A stretch of 38,006 nt of DNA, taken from positions 1 to 38,006 of IMG/VR virus record IMGVR_UViG_2778261277_000017; one strand, written 5' to 3'. Each line of letters begins with the position of its first letter. Position 1 is the first letter of the stretch. Position numbers and translations under genes: made by a program. This document shows, one piece after another, positions 28,086 to 37,696 of this stretch. The DNA comes from a virus. Its lineage: Duplodnaviria; Heunggongvirae; Uroviricota; Caudoviricetes. The notes beneath the pieces are model-generated. The model saw nothing but the letters and a program-made list of their open reading frames with translations, searched no databases and was not told where the DNA came from.

Positions 28086-30063
28086 AACTATTAAAGATTT
28101 CCTCGTCTCGCTTGGCTTCAGTGTGGATGATGCAGGAGCGAAAAAGTTCGGTTCTGTCCTCGCCGGTACAACTGCAAATGTCATCAAAATGGGGCTGGCC
28201 GTCGAAGGAACTGCACTGTCCGTGGTGGCCTTCACGGCTAAGATCGCCTCCGGTCTGGATAATCTTTACTGGGCGTCACAGCGCACCGGCGCGACGGTCC
28301 ATGGAATTCAGTCTATTGGCTATGCGGTTTCGCAGGTTGGCGGCAGTGCAGACGCTGCGCGCGGGTCACTGGAGAGCCTTGCCCGTTTTATCCGTAATAG
28401 CCCCGGGGCTGAGGGATTTCTGAATCGTCTGGGGGTACAGACACGGGATGCCAGCGGTAACATGCGTGACATGGCCGCTATTTTTACAGGTGTAGGCCAG
28501 AAGCTCAGCGGCATGCCGTATTACCGGGCTAACCAGTATGCGCAGATGCTGGGCATTGACGAAAATACCCTTATGGCGATGCGCCGGGGTGTGGGTGGCT
28601 TCTCCGGGCAGTACAGCGCAATGGCGAAAGCTATCGGCTTCAATGCTGACGAGGCGGCCAGAAGCTCCAACAAATTTATGACCTCCCTGCGTGAGTTTAG
28701 CGCGATGGCAGGCATGGCCCGTGACAAAATCGGCTCTAATCTTGCGGGTGGGCTTGCGGGTTCGCTGGACACCCTGCGCCGCCATATCCTGGACAACTTC
28801 CCTCGTATCGAGCTGACCCTGACGAAAGCCATAAAAGGCATTCTGGCGCTCGGGGATATTATCGGGCGGCTGTTCTTCAGACTGATTGAAGGAACATCAG
28901 GCCTCATCACCTGGTGGCAATCGCTGGATAAGCAAACGCGGGAGCTCATCTCGCTGTTTGGCGCGCTGACGATTGCGCTGCGCATTCTGAACAGTACGTT
29001 CTGGATGTCGCCGATTGGCCTCATTACCGCGCTGGCGGCGGGGATTGCCCTTCTGTGGGAGGACTATCAGACCTGGAAGGAAGGCGGCGACAGCCTGATT
29101 GACTGGGGCAAGTGGAAGCCGGAGGTCGATGCCGCGCTGAAGATGGTTCGTGACCTGAAAGGGTCTGTTAATGAACTGGCGAAAGCGCTGGCGAAACTGC
29201 TCAATATTGACCCCAAATCATGGTCCCTGAAGTGGGATTTCAGCAACTTCATCGACCAGATGGGCGAATTCAGCAAAATGCTGAACATGATCGCCGACCT
29301 GCTCAACGCTATCAAAGATGGCCGCTGGGCTGATGCCGTCAGCATCGGCAAACAGATACTTAATCAGGGCAGCGAAAATCCGTCAGCGATGCCGATGGTT
29401 ACAGACAGCGCTAACAGTACTGCCGACTGGATTAAAGAGCACTGGGGATTCGATCCCCGCAGTGTGGGCCGGACGGTACGCGGCTGGTTTGGTGATGATG
29501 AGCCGGAACAATATGCACAGGCTACGAAACGAGGAGAACGGAATAACAATCCGGGAAACCTTAATTTTGCTGGTCAGGCAGGGGCTTCTCTTGAACGCCC
29601 GGGCGGGCGATTTGCCAGATTTGAAACTGCTTTTGATGGATTACGGGCTCTTGCTCGTCAGTTAATGCTGTACGCCGGACGGGGAATAAACAGTGTGGAG
29701 AAAATTATCTCTACCTGGGCACCTGCGTCTGATAATAACAACACAACTGCGTATATCAGGGCTGTATCGCAACGACTGGGAGTGGATCCCCGGGCTGCCC
29801 TGAATATGAGCGATCCGCAAACCATGTCAGCATTGATGAGCAGCATTATCCAGCATGAAAATGGAAGAAATATCTATTCTCGAGAGCTGATTAATAAGGC
29901 TGCCGTGGCGGGAATTAGTGGCAAAATGACAGAGGTTAACCAGCAAAATACTTACCACATTTACGGTGGCGGAGATCCGCACGCTGTCGGTAATGAGGTT
30001 GCACGTCGGCAACAGTCTGCAAATGCTCAGGTCATGCGAAGTAATCAGGTGAGGGTGGGTTAG
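28075..30063 (+). CDS. Tail tape measure protein
   Basis: 662-aa ORF from the ATG at 28075 (GAGAGGA Shine-Dalgarno); long helical, Ala/Gly-rich N-terminal part typical of tape measure proteins. Confidence 0.85.
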   Translation: MNAETIKDFLVSLGFSVDDAGAKKFGSVLAGTTANVIKMGLAVEGTALSVVAFTAKIASGLDNLYWASQRTGATVHGIQSIGYAVSQVGGSADAARGSLESLARFIRNSPGAEGFLNRLGVQTRDASGNMRDMAAIFTGVGQKLSGMPYYRANQYAQMLGIDENTLMAMRRGVGGFSGQYSAMAKAIGFNADEAARSSNKFMTSLREFSAMAGMARDKIGSNLAGGLAGSLDTLRRHILDNFPRIELTLTKAIKGILALGDIIGRLFFRLIEGTSGLITWWQSLDKQTRELISLFGALTIALRILNSTFWMSPIGLITALAAGIALLWEDYQTWKEGGDSLIDWGKWKPEVDAALKMVRDLKGSVNELAKALAKLLNIDPKSWSLKWDFSNFIDQMGEFSKMLNMIADLLNAIKDGRWADAVSIGKQILNQGSENPSAMPMVTDSANSTADWIKEHWGFDPRSVGRTVRGWFGDDEPEQYAQATKRGERNNNPGNLNFAGQAGASLERPGGRFARFETAFDGLRALARQLMLYAGRGINSVEKIISTWAPASDNNNTTAYIRAVSQRLGVDPRAALNMSDPQTMSALMSSIIQHENGRNIYSRELINKAAVAGISGKMTEVNQQNTYHIYGGGDPHAVGNEVARRQQSANAQVMRSNQVRVG

Positions 30064-30650
30064 TGGATATTCTCTCTACACTTTTTCATCAGCAGAGCAG
30101 AAAAATAGGAATGATTGTTCCCAGTGTTGTTATTTCAGAGAAGCATACAGATATGCTTGAAATAACAGAGCATCCGGTAGAGGTTGGGGCCGCTGTCGCT
30201 GATCATGCCTATAAAAAACCGTCAGAAGTGGTGATGGAGGTTGGTTTCGCCGGTGGCGGCGCATTGCTGGATTTTGCCAGTAATCTGACGGCTACCAGCC
30301 TGCTCGGCCTGAGTCCTCAGCAGACGTATCAGGAGCTACTGGATCTGCAGGAAAGCCGTATCCCCTTCGATGTGGTAACCGGTAAACGGCTGTACAGCAA
30401 CATGTTGATCCGGGCGCTGGAAGTGACGACGGACAAGACAACCGAAAACGTCCTGTCCGCCGTCCTCACCCTGAGGGAGGTCATTATCTCCCGGACACAG
30501 CAGATTACCGTCGCGGATAAAACCAACATGAAGGAAGGGGCCAGCACGTCGGCGGTACAGAACAGCGGCAACAAAACCACAAAGCCTCCAGATACTTCAC
30601 TGCTGAAAAGCATCACTGGTAACGTGGCGTCATTACTGGGAGGCGGCTAA
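30063..30650 (+). CDS. Tail/baseplate protein
   Basis: 195-aa ORF, translationally coupled after the tape measure gene. Confidence 0.45.
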   Translation: MDILSTLFHQQSRKIGMIVPSVVISEKHTDMLEITEHPVEVGAAVADHAYKKPSEVVMEVGFAGGGALLDFASNLTATSLLGLSPQQTYQELLDLQESRIPFDVVTGKRLYSNMLIRALEVTTDKTTENVLSAVLTLREVIISRTQQITVADKTNMKEGASTSAVQNSGNKTTKPPDTSLLKSITGNVASLLGGG

Positions 30651-30952
30651 TGATAATTCAGGAAATTCCGCTGACAGCGGACAACCAGCAGTTCAGCATC
30701 GTCCTGGGTGGTGTCACTTGGCAGATTAGCATCATATGGCGCGATCTTTACTGGATTATGGACCTGCAGAACGACAGAGGGGAGCCGGTAATCTCCGGTA
30801 TTCCTCTCGTCACTGGCGCTGATCTGCTGGCGCAGTACGCCTGTATGGGGCTTGGTTTTAAGCTGGTGGTGGTCTGCGATGACAACACACAGGATTATCC
30901 CTCGAAAACTGATATGGGTGGCCGCAGTCATTTACTGGTATCAACGGAGTAA
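30650..30952 (+). CDS. Hypothetical tail protein
   Basis: 100-aa ORF in the tail operon. Confidence 0.4.
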   Translation: MIIQEIPLTADNQQFSIVLGGVTWQISIIWRDLYWIMDLQNDRGEPVISGIPLVTGADLLAQYACMGLGFKLVVVCDDNTQDYPSKTDMGGRSHLLVSTE

Positions 30953-30954
30953 GC

Positions 30955-32022
30955 ATGTCACAGAACTGGATGAGACATTTCGAGCTGCAGCTTGTGGACG
31001 GGAACGGTCAGGGAATTGAGCTAAGTGATTTCAAAGTCACCTTTACGATCGACTGGTTCAACATCAGCAGCGCGTCCCGGGTAGGGACTATCAAAATTTA
31101 TAACCTTTCGGCAGATACTGTGAACCGAATTACCGGGCAGGAGTTTTCGAAAGTGCGGCTGATTGCCGGTTACGACGGTATCGCGCCGGAGGTGGCGGCA
31201 AGCGACGTCGGGACCGTGCGCGAAGTCGACGCGGCAGATGTGGGCCAGAGTGATGGCCGCAACTACGGGCTGATTTTCAGCGGAGAAATTCGCTACTCGG
31301 TCACAGGAAAAGACAGCCCTATTGATTCCTATGTCCTGATTCAGGCAGCAGATACGGATCTGGCATTTGCCACCAGTATAACCTCGCAGACGCTGGCGGC
31401 CGGTTACACGGTCGCAGATGTGAACCGTGCGCTGATGAAAGACTTTGAGGCCAAAGGCGCGACCGAAGGACTGACGCCTGAAATGCCTGCTACCGTATTC
31501 CCTCGAGGGCGGGTGCTGTTCGGCATGACACTGCATCTTATGGATAACGTGGCCGGACAATGTGGCGCAACATGGCAATTTGTGGACGGTCAGCGCCAGA
31601 TGGTGGCGAATAACGAGTATGTTCACGACGCGATTGTGCTCAACAGCGCCACCGGGCTTATCGGCATGCCGCAGCAGACTATCGGCAACGGTGTAAACGT
31701 CCGCGCTCTTATTAATCCGAACATCCGGGTTAACGGGCTTATTCAGCTGGATCAGGCTTCCGTGTACCGCACCGCGCTGTCGAACAATGATATTGCGATG
31801 GCTGGTGGGCAGATCACCGACCAGAACACGGACGGAAATATCACGCTCAGCGGCACCACAGCACAACCTGCCAGCATCGCAACGGATGGCGTTTATATTG
31901 TGCGCGGGATTATGTACACTGGCGATACAAGGGGCCAGGCGTGGTACATGGATATGATGTGCGAAGCGCGTGGCGCGGCGGATCTTCGTTCTGCGTCGTC
32001 TTTACAGCGTGAGGTAGGATAG
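30955..32022 (+). CDS. Baseplate hub-like protein
   Basis: 355-aa ORF following the tape measure-proximal genes. Confidence 0.5.
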   Translation: MSQNWMRHFELQLVDGNGQGIELSDFKVTFTIDWFNISSASRVGTIKIYNLSADTVNRITGQEFSKVRLIAGYDGIAPEVAASDVGTVREVDAADVGQSDGRNYGLIFSGEIRYSVTGKDSPIDSYVLIQAADTDLAFATSITSQTLAAGYTVADVNRALMKDFEAKGATEGLTPEMPATVFPRGRVLFGMTLHLMDNVAGQCGATWQFVDGQRQMVANNEYVHDAIVLNSATGLIGMPQQTIGNGVNVRALINPNIRVNGLIQLDQASVYRTALSNNDIAMAGGQITDQNTDGNITLSGTTAQPASIATDGVYIVRGIMYTGDTRGQAWYMDMMCEARGAADLRSASSLQREVG

Positions 32023-32375
32023 TGAAAAAGTGGATTGTTATCGGACTCTGTTTCCTTCCGGGGTTAGCATTTGCTGCGAATCCTGGCGGTATCACGCTTC
32101 AGTGTGGTGGCTACAAATTAGAGTTGATTCCTGATTCATTGTTCAGGATTAATGGTGAGACAGTTACCTCTCAGAAAATCAAAACGCTCGGCAACGGTAA
32201 TGGAATGAAGGCGGATATGGGTCTTATGCCAGCCAAAGACGGTAACAATTACGCTTTCGAGTTCATTCGTCGCCCTGGTACCGAAACGCGTTTCCTGAAC
32301 GTCCAGCTTCTGCAGAACAGCATGGATGCACCGAAAATCATCGGCTCCTTCCCGTGTAAAAAGGTTGATGGTTAA
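32022..32375 (+). CDS. Small secreted protein with Sec signal peptide, embedded in the baseplate module
   Basis: MKKWIVIGLCFLPGLAFA|ANPGG: n-region, hydrophobic core and AxA cleavage motif; no lipobox Cys. 117 aa. Lower GC than flanking tail genes. Confidence 0.6.
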   Translation: MKKWIVIGLCFLPGLAFAANPGGITLQCGGYKLELIPDSLFRINGETVTSQKIKTLGNGNGMKADMGLMPAKDGNNYAFEFIRRPGTETRFLNVQLLQNSMDAPKIIGSFPCKKVDG

Positions 32376-32515
32376 CCAAAAGTTACATTTCTGCATAGTG
32401 TTGAGTTTGTTCACATTCACTAAATAATGATTTTTTATCGCTTGCTAGGTGGTTGCATGATCACTAAACTTTGCGAACTTTTAGCGCTCAGCTAACTTTG
32501 AATAAGTGGTGTATA

Positions 32516-32530
32516 GTCGTTTAAAACGAC
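32516..32530 (+). promoter_or_regulatory. Palindromic candidate operator overlapping a -10-like TATAGT upstream of the 190-aa gene
   Basis: GTCGTTT-A-AAACGAC perfect 7-bp inverted repeat; TATAGT at 32512-32517; about 14 nt upstream of the AGAGGGA Shine-Dalgarno of the next gene. Confidence 0.4.
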
Positions 32531-32543
32531 AGAGGGATTGGGT

Positions 32544-33116
32544 ATGGCGATTAGCTACGCATTTGCGCTGGCAACAATTACACAACAAATGAATCAGGTT
32601 CAGGAAGCTGTTAACGGTGCTTTCAAACCCCTGATCTCTAATGCTTGTGAACTGCCACAACGATTAGATGCTGAAGAGGTATTTCGTCGTTGTACCGCGA
32701 TTGCTGCACGCGCTCAAGAAATCGAAAATACCGCGAAGGAAGGCATGTCTCATCTCGAAGCTTTTCGAAATGGGAGAATCATTGTTGATGAGCTTCCGGA
32801 AGAGTTTTTATCCCATCTCGAAGGTCTTGCCAAGGCATGCCGAAATGCTAAAGGACATTTAGTGGATATGTTCTCTGAAGCGGAAAGGTCCCCTATGTGG
32901 CAAGGCCATCTGCAAATGTTGCGCCCATTAAAACGCAAATATGTTCGTGCGTTGACCGCCGTCGAGAACACTGCAACTCAGTTGGCCGCTGAAGTTAGGC
33001 AATCGCAGCCTTTCCAGGCTGAACTCTTGTCAGATAATGTTACCCGTGAAGAGGCTATTGAACTGATCTCAACATCGCATAAGATGCTGGGAGCCAACGC
33101 CCCTAAATGGATGTGA
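32544..33116 (+). CDS. Hypothetical 190-aa helical protein, upstream partner of the YafO-like gene (candidate antitoxin/regulator of a novel type)
   Basis: ATG at 32544 with AGAGGGA Shine-Dalgarno; 1-nt gap to the downstream gene. Far larger than, and unlike, the Phd/YefM-type antitoxin YafN that partners YafO in E. coli. Confidence 0.6.
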   Translation: MAISYAFALATITQQMNQVQEAVNGAFKPLISNACELPQRLDAEEVFRRCTAIAARAQEIENTAKEGMSHLEAFRNGRIIVDELPEEFLSHLEGLAKACRNAKGHLVDMFSEAERSPMWQGHLQMLRPLKRKYVRALTAVENTATQLAAEVRQSQPFQAELLSDNVTREEAIELISTSHKMLGANAPKWM

Positions 33117-33117
33117 C

Positions 33118-33534
33118 ATGGCAAAAGTCAGTATCACGGGAGAATTGCGTCATTTAGCTGCAGCACATAAGTATGCTCAAATGCTTGCCGATTATATTTC
33201 AAAGGGTTCCCAGTTCTGGTGTTTTGGTTCGTTAGGCGGTTTTGAACGTAACTATGATGCGATGGCTGCCAACATCAGGAAAATTCACTTAAAGCTACCT
33301 GGCGATAAACCCTGGCCTCCAGAAGCATCTCTGAGTGAACGGACATGTGATAATTTTTTGGTATATGCTCAGCATCTTTATATCGATGAACACTATCAGA
33401 TATTGGCAATCATCAGCCCAAACGCTCATCAGCAAGCTGATTCGATGCTTCCCCGGCTGATAAAATTAGCAGAGGAAACCTTCATAGAACTTCCTCCTGA
33501 TGAACTCGAAAAATTGAAAACCTACGATTCATAA
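33118..33534 (+). CDS. YafO-family toxin-like protein (ribosome-dependent mRNA interferase family), tentative
   Basis: 138-aa ORF. Segments ADYISKG, KIHLKLPGDKPWPP, FLVYAQHLYIDEHYQILAIISPNAH and RLIKLAEETF align with what I recall of E. coli YafO (ADFISYK, HIHLANENNPFPP, HLVYCQGAFDEQAWLLIAILKPEPH, KIGKMAEAF). Recall-based, unverified. Confidence 0.6.
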   Translation: MAKVSITGELRHLAAAHKYAQMLADYISKGSQFWCFGSLGGFERNYDAMAANIRKIHLKLPGDKPWPPEASLSERTCDNFLVYAQHLYIDEHYQILAIISPNAHQQADSMLPRLIKLAEETFIELPPDELEKLKTYDS

Positions 33535-33535
33535 A

Positions 33536-33557
33536 CCCGCCACCCGGCGGGTTTTTT
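33536..33557 (+). terminator. Strong rho-independent terminator closing the cargo cassette
   Basis: CCCGCC-ACCC-GGCGGG hairpin followed by TTTTTT, directly after the stop codon at 33534. Confidence 0.8.
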
Positions 33558-33576
33558 GCTTTCTGGAGCCTACTAA

Positions 33577-34329
33577 ATGGCAGTATCTGACCAGACCCGC
33601 AGCGGCGACCTTGCCGAAACATTCAAATCTGAACGGGAAACAACAAAGAATCAGATCCGTGTCGCCTTGCCTGGCATTATTCAGTCATTCGATCCTGATG
33701 CGGTGACGGCGGTTGTGCAGCCTGCTATCCGTTCGGTTGAAAAGGATAATGACGGCAACCGCATTACCAAAAATTACCCATTGTTGGTGGATGTTCCAGT
33801 GGTATTCCCACGTGGCGGAGGATGTACGCTAACGTTTCCGATTAAAGCCGGGGATGAGTGTCTTGTCGTTTTTGCCGATCGTTGTATTGATTTCTGGTGG
33901 CAGAGCGGCGGAATACAGGAACCGGTCGATGACAGAATGCATGATTTATCGGATGCGTTTTGTATTGTAGGCCCCCAGTCGCAGGCGAGGAAGATTAGCG
34001 GTATTAATACCAGTGCCACACAGTTGCGTAGTGACGATGGCAGCACCTATTTTGAGCTTAATCCTGATACCAGGAAAATTAAAATTGTCGCTCCGGGTGG
34101 TCTTGATGTGGTTGCCCCTCTGGCTGATTTTTCTGAGAAAGTAACCATTCATGGCCTGTTAACCTGGATGGGGGGCATGGTGGGGTCTGTTGTTTCTGGT
34201 GTGGCTTCAAAAATCACTGGTGTTGTTGAGTTTTTGGGTAGCGTGAAGGCTAACGGCAAGCCAATCGATGATACGCACACTCATGGCGGTGTTCAGCGCG
34301 GTGGAAGCAATACCGATGGGGTAAACTGA
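33577..34329 (+). CDS. Baseplate spike / gpV-like protein
   Basis: 250-aa ORF with GGAG Shine-Dalgarno; Gly-rich C-terminus (THTHGGVQRGGSNT) typical of gpV-like spike proteins. Confidence 0.55.
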   Translation: MAVSDQTRSGDLAETFKSERETTKNQIRVALPGIIQSFDPDAVTAVVQPAIRSVEKDNDGNRITKNYPLLVDVPVVFPRGGGCTLTFPIKAGDECLVVFADRCIDFWWQSGGIQEPVDDRMHDLSDAFCIVGPQSQARKISGINTSATQLRSDDGSTYFELNPDTRKIKIVAPGGLDVVAPLADFSEKVTIHGLLTWMGGMVGSVVSGVASKITGVVEFLGSVKANGKPIDDTHTHGGVQRGGSNTDGVN

Positions 34330-34682
34330 TGCGATACAGACGTGAAGACGCCGATGGCGATTACACCTTTGGCAGCGGTGATGACACCTGGCTGATTAAC
34401 TCACCGGAGGCCGTGGCGCAGGCGGTAAAAACGCGATTCGAATTGTGGTATGGGCAATGGTTTCTCGACACCACCGAGGGGACTCCGTGGATCCAGTCCG
34501 TACTCGGTAAGCAGAAGCCGGAAACCTACAACCTGGCGATCCGTAAGCGCATCCTCGAAACGCGGGGCGTTAAATCAATCCTCTCTTTCAATACGACGGT
34601 GGATACCACGACCCGACGTGTCATGTTTTCCGCTGAAATCGACACTCTTTATGGAATAACGACTGTTACATCGGAGGCGTAA
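34329..34682 (+). CDS. Baseplate wedge protein (gpW/gp25-like)
   Basis: 117-aa ORF, ATGA-coupled after the spike gene; size and position typical. Confidence 0.5.
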   Translation: MRYRREDADGDYTFGSGDDTWLINSPEAVAQAVKTRFELWYGQWFLDTTEGTPWIQSVLGKQKPETYNLAIRKRILETRGVKSILSFNTTVDTTTRRVMFSAEIDTLYGITTVTSEA

Positions 34683-35881
34683 TGGCTCTGAACCTTGATT
34701 CTCTCGGTTTATCTGCAAAGGTAACCGCGGAGGGGATCAGTGCGCCTGATTATCAGACGATACTCAGCACCCTGATTAGCTATTTTCAGCAGATTTATGG
34801 CAGTGATGCCTACCTCGAACCGGACAGCAAAGACGGCCAGATGGTGGCTCTGATGGCGCTGGCGATTCATGATGCCAATAATACGGCGATAACTGTCTAC
34901 AACTGTTTTTCACCGGCAACCGGCTATGGGGCTGCACTGACCAGTAACGTGAAAATAAATGGTATTTCACGTAAAGGCGCGACGAACTCTACGGTTGATT
35001 TGCTTCTTACAGGAACTGCCGGAACAACCATCATTAATGGCAGCGTGAAAGACAGTAATAATGTGATATGGCGTTTGCCTGCTTCAGTGGTGGTCGGCGT
35101 GGATGGTACAGTGATGGTGACCGCAACATGTTCCGTCAGTGGTGCAGTGGCGGCGCTGGCTGGAACTATCACTGAAATTAATACGCCAACCCGTGGCTGG
35201 GTTTCGGTAACCAATCCTGCTGCAGCTACTGTAGGCACTCCAGCAGAAACTGATGCGGAGTTACGTATCCGCCAGTCGCAAAGTGTTGCGTTGCCATCAA
35301 TAACCCCATTTGAAGCACTGGATGGTGCCGTTTCTAATGTTACCGGTGTAACCCGCCACAAACTCTATGAAAACGATACTGGTTCGGAGGACGGTAACGG
35401 GTTACCGCCACACTCTGTTGCTGTAATTGTGGATGGCGGTGATGTGACGGATATTGCTCAGGCTATCAGAGGGAATAAAGGTCAGGGGACAGCCACTCAC
35501 GGTACAACATCCGTTACGGTTCCGGATAAATACGGCAATCCCCATGTAATCAAATTCTCGCGTTCCAGTGATGTACCTGTTTATGCCCGGATTAAATTAA
35601 AAGTTTTTACGGGTTATACCTCACAGATAGGGCAACAGATCCAGCAGGCTATTTCCGACTATATCAATAGTCTGATGATTGGTGATTCGGTCCTTTTAAG
35701 TCGCATTTACTCACCGGCGAATCTTGGCGTGGTGAGTGGCGGGAATGCACGCTATTACGATATTCAGGAACTGACGATTGGGAAATCCCCGGGGGCTTTG
35801 TCGTCATCAAACATTGATATCAGATACAACGAATCTGCGTCCTGTACCCCGGAAAATATCGTTATAACGGTGGAGTCATGA
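34682..35881 (+). CDS. Baseplate J-like protein
   Basis: 399-aa ORF following the gpW-like gene, as in P2/Mu-type baseplate clusters. Confidence 0.55.
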   Translation: MALNLDSLGLSAKVTAEGISAPDYQTILSTLISYFQQIYGSDAYLEPDSKDGQMVALMALAIHDANNTAITVYNCFSPATGYGAALTSNVKINGISRKGATNSTVDLLLTGTAGTTIINGSVKDSNNVIWRLPASVVVGVDGTVMVTATCSVSGAVAALAGTITEINTPTRGWVSVTNPAAATVGTPAETDAELRIRQSQSVALPSITPFEALDGAVSNVTGVTRHKLYENDTGSEDGNGLPPHSVAVIVDGGDVTDIAQAIRGNKGQGTATHGTTSVTVPDKYGNPHVIKFSRSSDVPVYARIKLKVFTGYTSQIGQQIQQAISDYINSLMIGDSVLLSRIYSPANLGVVSGGNARYYDIQELTIGKSPGALSSSNIDIRYNESASCTPENIVITVES

Positions 35882-36558
35882 GCAAATACACCGAACTAAT
35901 CACGAACTACCACGCCACCAAACCTAAATTTCTTGCGCATGTTGATCTGATGACCCGGCCACTTATTGATGTTGCGGCTGCCACCAGAGGGCTGATTACT
36001 GCATTTGATATTGACTCTGCGGTTGGTGTGCAACTTGACATTCTTGGATTGTGGATCGGACGTAGCCGTGTTGTCAGCCAGCCTATCTCAGGTGTCTATT
36101 TCAGCTGGGATACCGACGGGCTTGGATATGATCAGGGTGTATGGCAGGGGCCATACGATCCTGATTCCGGATACATGTACCTCAGCGATGAAACTTATCG
36201 TGTCATCCTTAAAGCGAAGATTGCGATTAATAACTGGGATGGACGGAATGATTCGCTTCCGGCAATTCTTGACGCGGCGACAGCAGGATCCGGACTGCGA
36301 ATGCAGATAGTCGATAACCAGGACATGACGATATCGGTCTGGGTCTTTCCTGATACTGATATTTCAGATGTATCGCGTGAGTTAATTGCTGCAATTAAAC
36401 AGGGATATCTCACAGTAAAAGCCGCCGGTGTGTGGGCGGGTGGCATTGAAACACCTTCGGTGGAAACCCCATCGGAAGGTTCAAAATTTTTTGGTTTTGA
36501 TATGGATAACGAATTCATCAGTGGTTTTGATGTAGGGGCATGGGGAGTATTACTCTGA
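35878..36558 (+). CDS. Tail protein (gpI-like)
   Basis: 226-aa ORF, ATGA-coupled, immediately upstream of the tail fibre gene. Confidence 0.5.
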   Translation: MSKYTELITNYHATKPKFLAHVDLMTRPLIDVAAATRGLITAFDIDSAVGVQLDILGLWIGRSRVVSQPISGVYFSWDTDGLGYDQGVWQGPYDPDSGYMYLSDETYRVILKAKIAINNWDGRNDSLPAILDAATAGSGLRMQIVDNQDMTISVWVFPDTDISDVSRELIAAIKQGYLTVKAAGVWAGGIETPSVETPSEGSKFFGFDMDNEFISGFDVGAWGVLL

Positions 36559-37253
36559 TGGCGAAAAATGACTTTAAAGCGTTTGCAACGGATCGAAATG
36601 CCAATGTTATGTCGCAGGAGGAATGGGAAGCGTTGCCTGCGCTTTTATCCGGATTTACAGCAGGGAAAGCATCCAGTGCGCAAGTCAATAAGGTTATTCG
36701 GCAGGCCAGCTTTATTGCTGCAGCTCTGGCCCAGTTTGTAAGTGACAAAACGCAACGGGATGTGCTTGATAATGGTGATCTGCCCGGTTTTGTTGAATTG
36801 CTGGGATCGGGGTTTGCTGTTGAATACCTGAGCCGCAAGAATCCGTTTGGTGATATCAAATCGGATGGCACGGTGAAAACGGCTCTCGAAAACCTTGGTT
36901 TGGGAGAAGCGGCGAAAAGGGATGTGGGCACAGGAGATAATCAGATACCGGATATGGGAGCATTCGCTTCTGGTTCGGGATGGTTCAGGCTACCAGGTGG
37001 ATATATTGTTCAGTTTGGCACTTTTGCAGGAAACACGACCCGCTTTATCAGTGGACACTTCCCTATACCATTCCCTAATCAGCCGATGGTTTCAGTCAGT
37101 GTTATGTCTGATGCCGTTCAGTCAGACCCGTCGATTCCTGCCCCGCAGGTTTTGTCTGTAAATTTTGAACATATCAGTAATTCAGCGTGGCGTGTGGCAA
37201 CCAGTGATATCTCACAGCAATACAGATTCAGTTATATTTCGATAGGACGGTAG
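36558..37253 (+). CDS. Tail fibre protein, with a constant N-terminal part and a C-terminal part lying in a putative invertible segment
   Basis: N-terminus [29 protein letters not shown]... is typical of side tail fibre proteins; followed by a Tfa gene; contains the hix-like site at 36883-36908. Confidence 0.75.
   Translation: MAKNDFKAFATDRNANVMSQEEWEALPALLSGFTAGKASSAQVNKVIRQASFIAAALAQFVSDKTQRDVLDNGDLPGFVELLGSGFAVEYLSRKNPFGDIKSDGTVKTALENLGLGEAAKRDVGTGDNQIPDMGAFASGSGWFRLPGGYIVQFGTFAGNTTRFISGHFPIPFPNQPMVSVSVMSDAVQSDPSIPAPQVLSVNFEHISNSAWRVATSDISQQYRFSYISIGR
36883..36908. other. Candidate Hin/Gin/Pin/Cin-family DNA invertase crossover site (hix/gix-like, 26 bp)
   Basis: CTCTCGAAAACC-TT-GGTTTGGGAGAA: 12-bp imperfect inverted half-sites around a 2-bp core, close to the recalled hixL/gixL pattern (TTnTCnAAAACC nn GGTTTnGAnAA). 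Lies inside the tail fibre gene. Confidence 0.55.
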
Positions 37254-37255
37254 AA

Positions 37256-37696
37256 ATGCAGAAATATATTTTCAGTGCCGATAAAAATGCGTTTTTCCCT
37301 GTGGAGCTTAAAATCGCTTATCAGGAATCCGGCGAATGGCCCGATGATGGAATCGAAATTGACGACACTGTTGCTGCCGAATTTATGAAGGAAGCACCAG
37401 AAGGAAAATACAGAGGTGTCATCGACGGAATGCCTGCATGGATTGATATTCCACCGCCAACTCATGAGGAACAAATTGCCGCAGCCGAACTGAAAAAGCA
37501 GCAATTGATTAATCAGGTCAACGAATACATAAACAGTAAGCAATGGCCTGGTAAAGCGGCGATTGGTCGCCTGAAAGGTGAGGAACTGGTGCAATATAAT
37601 TTGTGGCTGGATTATCTGGACGCACTGGAACTGGTCGATACTTCCGGTGCGCCAGATATTGAATGGCCTACGCCTCCGGCAGTTCAGGCCAGATGA
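37256..37696 (+). CDS. tfa: Tail fibre assembly protein (Tfa)
   Basis: 146-aa ORF with conserved Tfa N-terminus (MQKYIFSADKNAFFPVELKIAYQESGEWPDDGIEIDD) and C-terminal ...DIEWPTPPAVQ. Confidence 0.85.
   Translation: MQKYIFSADKNAFFPVELKIAYQESGEWPDDGIEIDDTVAAEFMKEAPEGKYRGVIDGMPAWIDIPPPTHEEQIAAAELKKQQLINQVNEYINSKQWPGKAAIGRLKGEELVQYNLWLDYLDALELVDTSGAPDIEWPTPPAVQAR

Noticed and set aside
28521-29024. 167-aa minus-strand ORF (and neighbouring 139-aa ORF at 28366-28785)
   Set aside because: Antisense to the tape measure gene; no independent signals.
31021-31866. 281-aa minus-strand ORF
   Set aside because: Lies entirely antisense to the hub-like baseplate gene in a GC-rich stretch where long antisense ORFs arise by chance; no start context and no room in the tightly packed plus-strand operon.
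32376-32543. SOS (LexA) box upstream of the YafO-like cassette, by analogy with the dinB-yafN-yafO operon
   Set aside because: No CTGT-N8-ACAG-like motif is present in the leader; the only palindrome is GTCGTTTAAAACGAC.
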